Assembly (NCBI GenBank): GCA_965198175.1
Contig: OZ240245.1
Coordinates: 3,163,030-3,227,029 of the forward strand
Length of the DNA: 64,000 nucleotides
DNA from: Candidatus Poribacteria bacterium
Lineage (GTDB): Bacteria; Poribacteria; WGA-4E; PCPOR2b
Direction of reading: 5' to 3'
This document shows positions 20,166 to 30,670 of the stretch, one piece after another (position 1 is the stretch's first letter; every line of letters starts with the position of its first letter). A program made the translations under genes and the position numbers. Below the pieces are notes generated by a model. It ran no database searches, was not told the origin of the DNA, and saw only the letters and a list, made by a program, of their open reading frames with translations.

Positions 20166-20265
20166 TACGTAGGTTTTACTGCTAGCGGAAGGATATGAAC
20201 GCTTTGCGTTACTTTAGGGCAGCACCAGACCTACCGTTACGATAGTGCGCTGAAGAAGGGGGATA

Positions 20266-20997
20266 TCAATGTCCACCTACCGTACCAATCTCGATTTCAA
20301 TCTCGTCTCGATTTCGGATACGTTCAATCATGCCGTCGCGAATGTGGACAATTCGGTCAGAAACGTCGAGCATTTTTGCGTCGTGCGTCGCCGAAATCAC
20401 CGTCACCTTTTGCCGAACGTTGAGTTCTTTAATCAGATTGATAATTTCACGCCCTGTGGTCATATCGAGATTCGCGGTAGGTTCGTCCGCCAGAATAATG
20501 GTGGGATCATTCGCCAGCGCCCTCGCGATCGCGACGCGTTGGCATTGCCCCCCCGACAACTCATCCGGTCTGTGAAGGGTCCGATCTCCCAATCCAACCA
20601 TCTTGAGGAGTTCCGAACCTTTGTCATTCCGTTCGCTCACTGACAATCCCGCGAAAATCATCGGCAAGGTCACGTTTTCAAGCGCGGTCATTACATACAG
20701 CAGGTTATAGTTTTGAAAGATGTATCCTACACGATGGCACCGGAACCAAGCAATTTGTGACATACTCAGTTGCGACATATTTTGGCGATCGATGTAGATA
20801 TTGCCACCCGTCGGGTGATCCAAGGCGCCAATCATATTGAAAAGCGTGGACTTCCCCGATCCAGACGGTCCCATCAGCGAAATGTACTCACCTCGCACGA
20901 TTTCGAGATTCACTCCGTTAAGCGCCTTCACCACATTACTACTACCCATGCGGTACTCCTTGACGACCTCTTCAGCTCTTACAACAATGTCTGCCAT
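20266..20997 (-). CDS. ABC transporter ATP-binding protein, LolD/MacB/FtsE-like
   Basis: GPSGSGKST, LSGGQCQRVAIARAL, ILADEPTANLD. Confidence 0.85.
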   Translation of the reverse strand: MADIVVRAEEVVKEYRMGSSNVVKALNGVNLEIVRGEYISLMGPSGSGKSTLFNMIGALDHPTGGNIYIDRQNMSQLSMSQIAWFRCHRVGYIFQNYNLLYVMTALENVTLPMIFAGLSVSERNDKGSELLKMVGLGDRTLHRPDELSGGQCQRVAIARALANDPTIILADEPTANLDMTTGREIINLIKELNVRQKVTVISATHDAKMLDVSDRIVHIRDGMIERIRNRDEIEIEIGTVGGH

Positions 20998-21012
20998 GGA
21001 TACCCCCCCTTT

Positions 21013-21744
21013 TTAGACCTCAGTCCGCATCGCTTCAGCAGGAGGCAGTTTCGCTGCACGCCATGCCGGAAATGCTGCGCCGATGACCGCCAATATCATG
21101 CCGAGCACGCAGCCACCAAGAATAATTAGTAGAACGCCGTATCTTACAGAACCATCGTCGCCAACCGCCGGAAAAAATGGAAAATAAAAGAATACATCCA
21201 ACCCGAAGTCTTTGAGATTCAGTAGAATCGATCCAATGCAACCTATCAAAGCCCCGACAACTGCGCCCGCTAATCCTTGGAATCCCGATTCTAACAAAAA
21301 TAACCTAACGACGAAACGATCTAATGCACCGAGACACTTCATGGTGCCAATTTCTCGGAAACGCTCTGTGACTGCCATCAGCATTGAGTTCGCAATCCCC
21401 ACCACGCAGACAATTAAGGACATCAGGATCAGCCATCTATCTTTGATGGAGATTCCGCCGGTCGACTCCTCTTCCTCAAAACTAGTAATCTGGTCGGTAC
21501 GACCGCTTGCTTTCATCGCCTCGCCAATTTCGCTATTTGCCCAGACTGACACGAGAAAAGCGATGCCCAGCGTAATGCCCGCGGTCGTGATAATCGATCT
21601 CCAAAAACGGATCATCAGACTCTGAAAACTGATACGCACCGATTCTACGAATGGGAGTTCAATCTGCTGTCCAATCTGACCTTGTTCGTGTTGTGCCAAA
21701 CTATTTCCCTCCTGATTCTTGAGTTCTCGCCGCCATTTTATCAC
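21013..21744 (-). CDS. FtsX-like ABC transporter permease (short four-TM form)
   Basis: C-terminal FtsX-domain topology. Immediately upstream of the LolD-like ATPase, with a 15-nt gap. Confidence 0.65.
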   Translation of the reverse strand: MIKWRRELKNQEGNSLAQHEQGQIGQQIELPFVESVRISFQSLMIRFWRSIITTAGITLGIAFLVSVWANSEIGEAMKASGRTDQITSFEEEESTGGISIKDRWLILMSLIVCVVGIANSMLMAVTERFREIGTMKCLGALDRFVVRLFLLESGFQGLAGAVVGALIGCIGSILLNLKDFGLDVFFYFPFFPAVGDDGSVRYGVLLIILGGCVLGMILAVIGAAFPAWRAAKLPPAEAMRTEV

Positions 21745-21882
21745 GTCAAGAAAATAAAGTCAAGCCTTACATTCTATTTCCGCCAAACCCCGGTGTCGAA
21801 GTAAAGTCAATTGGGCTTGGCACTCAACGCCGGTGGGAATGTCTCTAAAATCTCTAATGGCAGTGGTGCATTTACAATTCCG

Positions 21883-23418
21883 TCACCGTCTCCAGAAACT
21901 GCGATCCAAGCTCCGGTACTGAATTGCCTCTGAAGTGTGCTCTGCTTCGATAGTGGGGCTTTCTGCGAGATCTGCAATCGTGCGAGCCACCTTCAGTACG
22001 CGATCGTAGGCACGAGCGCTGAGTCCAAGCTGAGTGATTGCCACGCGCAGCAGTTCTTCTGCATCGGGCTGCATTCGACAGTATTCGCGGATATGCCGCG
22101 TTTCCATATTGGCATTACAGAAAATCTTAGTGTCCGCAAATCGATCATGTTGCATACCCCGCGCAGCCTGCACCCGTGTGCGGATGGTTGTGGAGGCTTC
22201 CCCTGTAAAGTCGCCGGAAAGATCTTTGTATTTGACCGCAGGCACCTCAACTTGCAGATCTATTCTGTCCAACAATGGGCCAGAGATTCGGGAGACGTAG
22301 CTCTGGATCTGTGTCGGCGTACATCGGCAGTTCCGGGTAGGATCCCCGAAGAATCCGCAGGGGCACGGGTTCATCGAAGCCACGAGCATGAAATTGGCGG
22401 GATAGGTGTAGGAAGCAGCCGCCCGGGAGATTGTCACTTGTAGGTCCTCAAGCGGTTGGCGCATAGCTTCGAGTACATTTTTGCGGAATTCAGGGAGCTC
22501 GTCGAGAAAGAGTACGCCGTTATGCGAAAGGCTCACTTCCCCGGGGCGAGGATACCTGCCGCCACCGATCAGCCCTGCGTCGGAAATCGTATGATGCGGC
22601 GATCGACAAGGGCGCGTTGCGATTAACGAAACATCACCGTGGAGCATGCCCACGATACTATGAATCTTCGTCGTTTCAAGCGCCTCTTCAAGGGTCATAT
22701 CCGGTAGAATCGTCGGAATCCGTCTGGCGACCATCGTTTTGCCAGAGCCAGGCGGACCAATCATAATTAGGTTGTGTCCGCCCGCTGTTGCAACCTCAAT
22801 TGCCCGTTTGACATGCTCCTGACCTTTGACATCTGAAAAATCGATCGTATACTCAGCGAACTGGTCAATTGCCTCCTGAATATCGTACTGAAAAGGCTGG
22901 ATGGTTTGCTCTGAATTCAGGAAATCGACCGCTTCTCGCAGAGATTCTACAGGATAAATATCCAATCCATCAACAATCGCCGCTTCCTTGGCATTGGATT
23001 TCGGCAGGATTACTCCCTTGCACTGATTCTCCTTGGCTGCAACTGCAACCGGCAGACACCCGTGTACCGACCTGACGCTTCCATCAAGCGCTAACTCTCC
23101 CAGCATCAGTGTATGCTCAAAGCAATCTGTCCGCACCTGACCAGTCGCCGCAACGACGCCGACAGCTATCGGGAGGTCGAACGCCGACCCCTCTTTCCGC
23201 ACATCAGCGGGTGCGAGATTTGCGGTTATTCGGCTGCTTGGGAAATAGAACCCCGAATTCTTAATCGCAGCGGTAACCCGTTCTCGGCTTTCCTTGACAG
23301 CGTTGTCTGGAAGCCCCACTGTGGCGAACGCGGGCAGACCGTCGGAGATGTCAATCTCCACTTTCACGATATACGCATCAATCCCCATCAGTGCACTACT
23401 CAGAACCCTAGCAAGCAT
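21883..23418 (-). CDS. comM: Mg-chelatase-like AAA+ ATPase YifB/ComM
   Basis: N-terminal Lon-like ChlI_N domain (MLARVLSSALMGIDAYIVKVE), Walker A GPPGSGKT, C-terminal Mg_chelatase_C domain. Confidence 0.85.
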   Translation of the reverse strand: MLARVLSSALMGIDAYIVKVEIDISDGLPAFATVGLPDNAVKESRERVTAAIKNSGFYFPSSRITANLAPADVRKEGSAFDLPIAVGVVAATGQVRTDCFEHTLMLGELALDGSVRSVHGCLPVAVAAKENQCKGVILPKSNAKEAAIVDGLDIYPVESLREAVDFLNSEQTIQPFQYDIQEAIDQFAEYTIDFSDVKGQEHVKRAIEVATAGGHNLIMIGPPGSGKTMVARRIPTILPDMTLEEALETTKIHSIVGMLHGDVSLIATRPCRSPHHTISDAGLIGGGRYPRPGEVSLSHNGVLFLDELPEFRKNVLEAMRQPLEDLQVTISRAAASYTYPANFMLVASMNPCPCGFFGDPTRNCRCTPTQIQSYVSRISGPLLDRIDLQVEVPAVKYKDLSGDFTGEASTTIRTRVQAARGMQHDRFADTKIFCNANMETRHIREYCRMQPDAEELLRVAITQLGLSARAYDRVLKVARTIADLAESPTIEAEHTSEAIQYRSLDRSFWRR

Positions 23419-23581
23419 ATGGCTGTCCTTAATCTATTATTCAGCGCGACTCTGAATGAGTGAAAACTTATCAATGCTATACTATAGCACAGCTTTCCGT
23501 AGAAAGCAATCCCAATCATGTTTGAATCTCAATGTCTCATGAACTGGGTCAATCGGAACGTTGCACAGCCTAGCAGTATAA

Positions 23582-23609
23582 TTGACAGTTTGCATGACAC
23601 CCGTATAAT
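23582..23609 (+). promoter_or_regulatory. Consensus sigma70-type promoter TTGACA-16-TATAAT, about 250 nt upstream of rpsF
   Basis: TTGACA at 23582-23587 and TATAAT at 23604-23609. A second candidate, TTGATA-18-TATAAT, lies at about 23720-23753. Confidence 0.35.
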
Positions 23610-23863
23610 AAATGCAGCTTCTCGTAAGGGGAGTTATGCGGGATGGGAGTCTGACGCTTTTCAATTGTGTTTTGGACGCCACGCACATTTTCTTGTCACA
23701 TCCACGAGAAAATTCAGTTGATAAAGGATAGAGAATTATGATATAATTCATTATCTTTGCTCCATAATTTATCTTATTCATTTCAATCAGGGTCAGCTGT
23801 GTTGTATACGAAGATACCGTGTTGATATGGAGCCATAAGTCCACAAAGGGAGGCATAAAAAGA

Positions 23864-24226
23864 TTGCGTCAATACGAAACGATTTTTATTGTTAATCCAA
23901 ATCTCGAAGAAGCCGAGACAAACAACGTCATCGAAGGAGTCAAAACGACCATTGAAGCCAGCGGCGGCAAGGTTTTAAGAACAGATTTATGGGGCAAGCG
24001 GAGACTTGCCTATCCGATTAAGCGCCACAACGATGGCTACTATGCGTTATACGTTTTTGAGAGCGATCCTGAATTTGTAGGTCAACTTAATACCTACTAT
24101 CGGATCGCAGAGCCAATTATTAAGTATATGGTTGTGAGTTTTGAAGGTGAGGTCAGTGAAAGTACAGATGATGTCACAATATCACGGGGCGCTAAAAACT
24201 CAGATGAAGCTGAAAAAGACTTCTGA
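23864..24226 (+). CDS. rpsF: 30S ribosomal protein S6 (probable TTG start at 23864; ORF-track ATG at 23819 is in frame upstream)
   Basis: RQYETIFIVNPNL matches the S6 N-terminus (MRHYEIVF...). GGGAGG lies 10 nt upstream of the TTG. Confidence 0.8.
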   Translation: MRQYETIFIVNPNLEEAETNNVIEGVKTTIEASGGKVLRTDLWGKRRLAYPIKRHNDGYYALYVFESDPEFVGQLNTYYRIAEPIIKYMVVSFEGEVSESTDDVTISRGAKNSDEAEKDF

Positions 24227-24283
24227 TGTAAGCCGTGCTTGATACGTTTTATGAGATCGGCTCAGACTGAAGGAGACAATATC

Positions 24284-24706
24284 ATGGCAAGTTACAACAG
24301 GGTTATCCTGATGGGAAATCTTACGCGTGATCCCGAGTTGAAGTACCTTCCGAGTGGCACAGCAGTTGCTAGATTGGGATTGGCTGTGAATCGCACTTAT
24401 ACAGACCGTCAGTCCGGCGAAAAAAAAGAGGAAGTTTGCTTTATTGACCTCAACGCTTTCGCTAAAACTGCCGAAACCATGAACGAATATCTTCAAAAAG
24501 GTAGTCCAGTGCTTGTTGAGGGACGCCTTAGATACCAAACATGGGAAACGGATGACGGACAGAGACGGAATAAACACGATGTCGTTGTTGATCGGTTTGA
24601 ATTTGTGGGTAGCCGTCAAGGTGGTCAGGACTCGCTCCGGGATGAGGGGGCGGGATACTCCGGTGCTGGTGAAGCATCACCTACAGAGGATGACATCCCG
24701 TTCTAA
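24284..24706 (+). CDS. ssb: Single-stranded DNA-binding protein
   Basis: MASYNRVILMGNLTRDPELKY OB-fold N-terminus, Gly/Gln-rich linker, acidic C-terminal tail ending DDIPF. AAGGAG ribosome-binding site. Confidence 0.9.
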   Translation: MASYNRVILMGNLTRDPELKYLPSGTAVARLGLAVNRTYTDRQSGEKKEEVCFIDLNAFAKTAETMNEYLQKGSPVLVEGRLRYQTWETDDGQRRNKHDVVVDRFEFVGSRQGGQDSLRDEGAGYSGAGEASPTEDDIPF

Positions 24707-24744
24707 CAACTCACTTTGGAAAAATTCCCGGATATCACCGAAAA

Positions 24745-24773
24745 AGCGGGCGAAGTTCATGCCCGCTTTTTCC
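24745..24773 (+). terminator. Rho-independent terminator or attenuator between ssb and rpsR
   Basis: AGCGGGC-gaagttcat-GCCCGCT stem-loop followed by TTTTT, preceded by AAAAA (bidirectional form). Confidence 0.6.
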
Positions 24774-24914
24774 ACGTCTATCATGCACCAGATTGATTGA
24801 GCCAGCGGGCTTCGCGGAATTCCACGACACAGAGTCCAGTGTCAGAAACTATGAAGGAAGGAGACGCGGTTTCCTCTGCCGCTGAAAACGGAGAGGCTTC
24901 GCCGTGGATGCTTT

Positions 24915-25151
24915 ATGGAAAATGGTCCTCGCCGGACATTTTCGGTTCGCCGGAAACGGTGCCGGCTATGTGCGGAAAAGCTTAAATCCATTGATTACAA
25001 AAATGTTACGCTGCTGAGAAATTTTATAACAGAGCGAGGGAAAATCATCCCTCGACGCGTTGTCGGCAACTGTGCAAAACATCAAAGGCAGGTAAACCGA
25101 GCAATTAAGCGGGCTCGTAATATTGCGCTTGTACCTTTCACACGACAGTAA
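24915..25151 (+). CDS. rpsR: 30S ribosomal protein S18
   Basis: [11 protein letters not shown]...[50 protein letters not shown]. Confidence 0.9.
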   Translation: MENGPRRTFSVRRKRCRLCAEKLKSIDYKNVTLLRNFITERGKIIPRRVVGNCAKHQRQVNRAIKRARNIALVPFTRQ

Positions 25152-25357
25152 GCCGTTGTCGGAGATTCCCTGGAGATGAAATCTACATCCTCGTTTTGTC
25201 CTGCTTGAGAAGTCTGCTTCGCCCGAAGGGCGACGCGTCATACAGGATGTATTCGTCTAGGTATTGCTCATAATGCGATATGCAGCACAGTTGATGAAAG
25301 CTGAGTATCAATCTTGAATGACACAGAATAACAAGCTCAACCGAGGTAGGAATTGCT

Positions 25358-25804
25358 ATGGAGATTATTCTAAGAAAAACCGTTGAAGGGGTCGGAAATG
25401 AGGGGTCCGTTTTAAAAGTTGCTGACGGCTACGCACGCAACTATCTGATTCCAAAGCAACTTGCGGTTTTCGCAACAGAGAAGAATCGGCGTCTGCTAGA
25501 ACATGAGCGACGTGTTTTGGCCGTTCAGCATATCAAAGGGAAGCGAGAAGCCGAAATACTCGCAACCCGAATCGCAGATACGACATGTACAATTCAGAGA
25601 CGGGCGGGCGAAAGCGATCGGCTCTTTGGATCTGTGACTACCATGGATCTTTCCGAGGCGCTTTCTGCGCAATCAATTGAAATCGATCGCCGTCAGATTG
25701 AATTAGATGCGCCCATAAGAGATCTTGGCGTTTTCATGGTGTCGATCCGCCTTCATGCAGATGTCGTCGCTAACCTTCAAGTTTTCGTTGTTCGTGAAGC
25801 ATAG
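25358..25804 (+). CDS. rplI: 50S ribosomal protein L9
   Basis: MEIILRKTVEGVGNEGSVLKVADGYARNYLIPKQLAV is the L9 N-domain. Confidence 0.9.
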   Translation: MEIILRKTVEGVGNEGSVLKVADGYARNYLIPKQLAVFATEKNRRLLEHERRVLAVQHIKGKREAEILATRIADTTCTIQRRAGESDRLFGSVTTMDLSEALSAQSIEIDRRQIELDAPIRDLGVFMVSIRLHADVVANLQVFVVREA

Positions 25805-25951
25805 TTTGCGAACTGTGCAAAGATAAAATCCTGACTCTCGCCGTAGGTTTATGACGTTAATCAGTTTCTCCGATGCCTCGCTGATAGCGTTTCGACATGA
25901 TTCCGATTAAAGTCGGACGTTCAAATCAAGCCTTAATTTTTCTTTTGAGCC

Positions 25952-27283
25952 ATGCATTCTGAATCCACAGAGACCCTTCATGATAAAGAAGCGGAAGAGG
26001 CTGTTCTCGGCGCAATGATGACCGATCGAGCGGTCATCCCCCGCGTTGTATCAGCGATTGGACATACGTCGGAACCCTTTTTTACAACAGATCTTCAGCT
26101 CATTTACGCGGCGATTCTTTCAAGCTACGAGCGTAATAACAAAGTGGACCCGCTCCTCGTCGCGAATGAGCTTGAAAAGATAGATCAATTGAATCGGGCT
26201 GGCGGTGCTGTTTACTTGTACGATCTTCAGGCACAGATTGTCGAAACCGAAAGCACTGAACTCTATGCGCAGATTGTTCAAGAAAAGTGGTTGCGGCGCC
26301 AGTTGGTTCGGGCTGGTCAGCAGATCGACACACTGGCCAACGATCAAGAACGGGAACTCAGCGATGTATTGAGCCAAGCCCAAGAGGAAGTATTTCGTCT
26401 GAGTCATGCCGATGCCAGACGCAGCTCCATGTTGATTGCCCCGCTTGTTAAACAGACCCTAAAGGAGATTGAAAGTTTATATTATAAAGAAGAACAGATT
26501 CTCGGCGTCCCCACAGGCTTCTTTCATCTTGATGTAATGACATCAGGGTTGCAGCCCGGTGATTTGAGTATTATCGCGGCACGTCCCAGTATGGGCAAGT
26601 CAACTCTCGTCCTGAACATCGCCCAAAATATTGCCAGAAATAACCTCCCGGTCTTGATATTTAGCCTTGAGATGCCTGCGAGGCATGTGATTATGCGCAT
26701 GCTCGCCGCTGAGACAGGAATTGATTTTAGCCGCCTTCGCACGGGGAAGTTGACCGATGATCACTGGGAGTCCTTGACACAAGGAACAAGCAGCTTAATC
26801 TCCGCTCCAATTTTCATCAATGATGCACGAGGCTTAACCGTACAGGAATTGCGCGCCGAAGGTAGACGATTGAAAGGCGAGCGCGAAGATCTCGCCGTTA
26901 TAATCGTGGACTACTTGCAGTTGCTTAGTGGGTCCAGTAAATACTATGGACGAGTGGAAGAGATTTCTGATATTTCACGCTCTCTCAAAACCCTTGCTTG
27001 GGAGTTAGATGTTCCGATTATTGCTTGTTCCCAACTGAGCCGTGAAGTCGAAAGACGCCCGGATAAACGACCTCAACTCTCTGATCTGAGAGAATCCGGC
27101 GCAATCGAGCAAGATGCCGATGTGGTTGCTTTCTTGTATAGAGAAGACTATTATGACGATCAGACCGAAGAAGATCAGGGGCTCGCCGATCTGATTATCA
27201 AAAAGCAGCGAAATGGACCAACCGGAACGATTCAGTTGGAATTTCATAAGAAGCTGATGCGATTTTCCGATATCCCCGTTTAA
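25952..27283 (+). CDS. dnaB: Replicative DNA helicase DnaB
   Basis: N-terminal DnaB domain (EEAVLGAMM), Walker A ARPSMGKST, RecA-like C-domain. Confidence 0.9.
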   Translation: MHSESTETLHDKEAEEAVLGAMMTDRAVIPRVVSAIGHTSEPFFTTDLQLIYAAILSSYERNNKVDPLLVANELEKIDQLNRAGGAVYLYDLQAQIVETESTELYAQIVQEKWLRRQLVRAGQQIDTLANDQERELSDVLSQAQEEVFRLSHADARRSSMLIAPLVKQTLKEIESLYYKEEQILGVPTGFFHLDVMTSGLQPGDLSIIAARPSMGKSTLVLNIAQNIARNNLPVLIFSLEMPARHVIMRMLAAETGIDFSRLRTGKLTDDHWESLTQGTSSLISAPIFINDARGLTVQELRAEGRRLKGEREDLAVIIVDYLQLLSGSSKYYGRVEEISDISRSLKTLAWELDVPIIACSQLSREVERRPDKRPQLSDLRESGAIEQDADVVAFLYREDYYDDQTEEDQGLADLIIKKQRNGPTGTIQLEFHKKLMRFSDIPV

Positions 27284-27379
27284 AGCGATTAGTAGCTGTC
27301 ACTGAACCTAAATTTGGGGGAGCGCAACCCTCCACAATTCAGTATTATTCTCAACTAACGGTTGTTGATTTGAGATTTT

Positions 27380-28234
27380 ATGATACCGATTGGCAATGTC
27401 GAGGAACAATCACTCTCAACCCAAACGTGTCGTCGCTCGGTTTTAATCCGTCTTGCTGATTATGTGGGTGGTTGGATATTCAAGAAACTGTATGAAATTG
27501 GAAGCGCGGTTGCGTTTGTCTGTTCAACCCTATCTCTAATTTTCAGACGCCCATTCCAATTTAACCTGCTTGTTCGACAGTTATTGCTGGTTGGTGTTAA
27601 CTCACTGCCAGTCGTATTGGTTTCCGGAATCTTCACAGGCATGGTATTGGCGACGCAGGGGTATCACCAACTGAAGGATCTTTCAGCGGAAGGCTCTGTC
27701 GGCAGATTTGTCAGCGTATCGGTCGTTAAAGAGCTAGGTCCCATGGTCACGGCTTTTATTTTGGCAGGGCGTATCGGCGCCTCAATCACGGCAGAGCTTG
27801 GCACGATGAAGGTGACCGAGCAGATTGACGCGTTGGATGTAATGGCGACTAGCCCGGTGAAATACCTCGTTGTTCCGCGCTTTCTCGCTTGTGCAATCAT
27901 GCTTCCACTCCTGACGACGTTTTCGATTGTCTTCGGGATTGTAGGAGGGTATTTCACTGCCGTTTATATTTTACCCGTCAAAATGAACGGTAATTTTTTT
28001 TTAGAGCAGGCTCGCGCTTACATCTACATTAACAGTGTTGTTGTAAGCCTCATCAAATCATCAACGTTTGGGATGGCAATCGCGTCTGTAGGATGCTATA
28101 AGGGATTTACAATCTCTTCAGCCGGAGGTGCAGAGGGTGTCGGTAAAGCGACAACAGGTTCAGCAGTCACTTCTCTGATTGCCATTCTGATTCTGGACTT
28201 TGTTCTGAACCATGTGCTCTATACAATCTGGTGA
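27380..28234 (+). CDS. mlaE: MlaE/Ttg2B-family ABC transporter permease
   Basis: GPMVTAFILAGRIGASITAELGTMKVTEQIDAL conserved MlaE core. Confidence 0.85.
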   Translation: MIPIGNVEEQSLSTQTCRRSVLIRLADYVGGWIFKKLYEIGSAVAFVCSTLSLIFRRPFQFNLLVRQLLLVGVNSLPVVLVSGIFTGMVLATQGYHQLKDLSAEGSVGRFVSVSVVKELGPMVTAFILAGRIGASITAELGTMKVTEQIDALDVMATSPVKYLVVPRFLACAIMLPLLTTFSIVFGIVGGYFTAVYILPVKMNGNFFLEQARAYIYINSVVVSLIKSSTFGMAIASVGCYKGFTISSAGGAEGVGKATTGSAVTSLIAILILDFVLNHVLYTIW

Positions 28235-28306
28235 AAGCCAACGCTACGCGGTGCTTGTTTGTACCATGAAGTTATCAGTCCTAAGTCTGTTTCAGGTAAT
28301 GATCGA

Positions 28307-29020
28307 ATGATTCACATTGAAAATTTGTGGAAATGCTTTGGAGACAAGGAGGTTCTCAGCGGTTTGAACCTCCACATTCCTCGTGGTGAAACGTCGATTG
28401 TTATTGGGCGAAGTGGATGTGGAAAAAGCGTTTTGCTCAAGCTAGTTACCGGGCTGCTGAAGCCAGACGTTGGAGAAATCCGGATTGATGGTGAGGAGAT
28501 TTCCAACCTCAAAGATTTAAAGCGGATTCGCCGAAAGATTGGTATACTTTTCCAATCAGCGGCACTCTTTGATTCGATGACGGTTGAAGAAAATGTTGGC
28601 TTCATGCTGTCCCAACATACAAATCTCAGCAAACGAGAAATTGGGGGGATTGTCGCGGAAAAGCTCCATTTGGTCGATCTTGACGGTGTTCAGAAACTGA
28701 GACCTGCAGAACTGAGTGGGGGCATGCGAAAACGTGTCGGTCTTGCGCGTGCGATTGCATTTAATCCGGAAGTGATTCTCTATGATGAGCCGACGACCGG
28801 ATTGGACCCCATTACAGGATCCGAAATCAATCGGTTAATCCGGGACCTCCATGCGAAACTCAAGGTCACGTCGGTTGTTGTGACCCATGACATGGATAGC
28901 GCCTTCTCAGTTGGGACAAGGATGGCAATGATACACGCGGGGCAAGTTATTGCATCCGGATCTCTCGCTGAAATTCGGAAGATTGATAGCCCAATCCTGC
29001 AAGCATTTATTTCTGAGTGA
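28307..29020 (+). CDS. mlaF: MlaF-like ABC transporter ATP-binding protein
   Basis: GRSGCGKS Walker A, LSGGMRKRVGLARAI, ILYDEPTTGLDP. Start at MIHIENLW (28307) is preferred over the ORF-track start 28259. Confidence 0.85.
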   Translation: MIHIENLWKCFGDKEVLSGLNLHIPRGETSIVIGRSGCGKSVLLKLVTGLLKPDVGEIRIDGEEISNLKDLKRIRRKIGILFQSAALFDSMTVEENVGFMLSQHTNLSKREIGGIVAEKLHLVDLDGVQKLRPAELSGGMRKRVGLARAIAFNPEVILYDEPTTGLDPITGSEINRLIRDLHAKLKVTSVVVTHDMDSAFSVGTRMAMIHAGQVIASGSLAEIRKIDSPILQAFISE

Positions 29021-30612
29021 CGGCAACCGTCAGTTCAAAGGGGGCATTGGTGGCTAGATGGAATGAGCAAGTCAAGGTGGGGTTCGTCGCTGTCATCGGT
29101 CTGGCTTTACTTATCGTTTTGCTTTTCAATGCATCGAATTGGCCGTGGAGTGTAAGCGGCGACGTTTTACGCGTTCAATTTGGGACAGTCAATGACCTCC
29201 ACGTAGGCGCGGGGGTTCATTTGTCAGGTGTAAAGGTTGGCAGAATTACGGGGATTGAGCTTAAAGCGGACGAGAATAAAATTGAAATCCAAATGCGAGT
29301 CAAGGAGGCGTTTCAGCGGCTACGCCAGGGCTGTAGAGTCAGGATTGGTACAATCGGATTTGTGGGTGAAACCTACATTGACATCAGGAACGGTCCTGTC
29401 GGAAATCGGCTTCTACAACTAGAGGACCTCCCTTTGATTGGCGAAGACCCATTGAGTATCGTAGACCTCCTTGAAATCGCGGAGCAAGCTGTCACGCGCG
29501 CTACACAAGTTGCTCAGTCTACCCATACACTAATCGAATCGAATCAAACCGGCGTCAGTGAGGGGATTACAGAAATACGGGAATTGGTCAATCAAACCCG
29601 TAAGGCGCTAGAAACGGTCGTCAGAAACACGGAGAAATCCGTGGCAACCCTTAATCGGCTTGCATCAGATAATGATTCGCGCTTGCAACAAATCTTTACC
29701 CGGCTCAATCGCTTGCTCGAACAGTTGGAAAGCGATTCTCTAGCACTCAGCAGTGATGCGGGAGATATTGCACAGTCTGTGCTTAGTTTAATTGACCGCA
29801 ACTCGGGGACCGTTGACGAGATTATTGATGACTTGCACGTGAGTTCTTCCAATTTTCGAAAAACGTCCCAAAAACTTCACACGGATCTCTCCACACTGAA
29901 ATCTGAGATGTCGAGCCTTATTCTGAAAAGCAGGGAAGTTGTTGATTCTGAAGCTCCAAAGATTGACCGACTGCTAGAAAATCTTACAGCCGTCACTGAT
30001 AATTTGGATGGACTGCGCGAAAATTTCGCCCAACTGCTGGATAAAGTGCAAAGTGGAGATGGGAGCGTTGCAGCGCTGATCAGCAGGCCAGATGCGCTCA
30101 ATGAAGCACGGAGTGTGTTGCAAACGGCGGATGAAACAATTGTCGAGATCAGAGACCTGTTCCAAGCATTCAATGAAAAGTCTGAAAGATTTAAGGCTCC
30201 GGATGTGGCTTGGGATTACGAACTCCGATATGTAAGCCTCGAAGAGCACCTCCATAACGAGCTAGCGGTTCTGTTATTGCCTGCCCATAATCAGCGGTTT
30301 CGATTAGGCTTTGGCGTCCGTGAGGAAGATGTGAAGTTTGAACTTCAATACGGTTATGATTTCAACGACCATTTACGCGGGCGCTTGGGGTTCATGCGTT
30401 CAACGGTTGGGGTGGGGTTTGATGTGTGGTTACTCTCGAAAAAACTCGGTATCACTCTTGAAGGGACTCGCTTGACAGGCGAGCGACCCGAGCTCAATAC
30501 GGAATTATCATGGCGGGTTTTTCCTTATGGACATATGATAATCGGCGCGGAGAACCTGACCGATGATATCCGTTACACAGTCGGATTTCGGCTTTCAGCA
30601 AAAAAATGGTAA
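29017..30612 (+). CDS. MlaD-like MCE-domain protein with a long coiled-coil region and a beta-rich C-terminal tail (531 aa)
   Basis: N-terminal TM plus MCE domain (LSGVKVGRITGIEL...), middle region of heptad-like repeats, C-terminal 150 aa rich in alternating hydrophobic residues. Start overlaps the mlaF stop (ATGA). Confidence 0.7.
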   Translation: MTATVSSKGALVARWNEQVKVGFVAVIGLALLIVLLFNASNWPWSVSGDVLRVQFGTVNDLHVGAGVHLSGVKVGRITGIELKADENKIEIQMRVKEAFQRLRQGCRVRIGTIGFVGETYIDIRNGPVGNRLLQLEDLPLIGEDPLSIVDLLEIAEQAVTRATQVAQSTHTLIESNQTGVSEGITEIRELVNQTRKALETVVRNTEKSVATLNRLASDNDSRLQQIFTRLNRLLEQLESDSLALSSDAGDIAQSVLSLIDRNSGTVDEIIDDLHVSSSNFRKTSQKLHTDLSTLKSEMSSLILKSREVVDSEAPKIDRLLENLTAVTDNLDGLRENFAQLLDKVQSGDGSVAALISRPDALNEARSVLQTADETIVEIRDLFQAFNEKSERFKAPDVAWDYELRYVSLEEHLHNELAVLLLPAHNQRFRLGFGVREEDVKFELQYGYDFNDHLRGRLGFMRSTVGVGFDVWLLSKKLGITLEGTRLTGERPELNTELSWRVFPYGHMIIGAENLTDDIRYTVGFRLSAKKW

Positions 30613-30670
30613 CCGACTGACACGCGGCTCAATGCCAAAGACCATCAAACATCGTGCACTAATCCCTAAA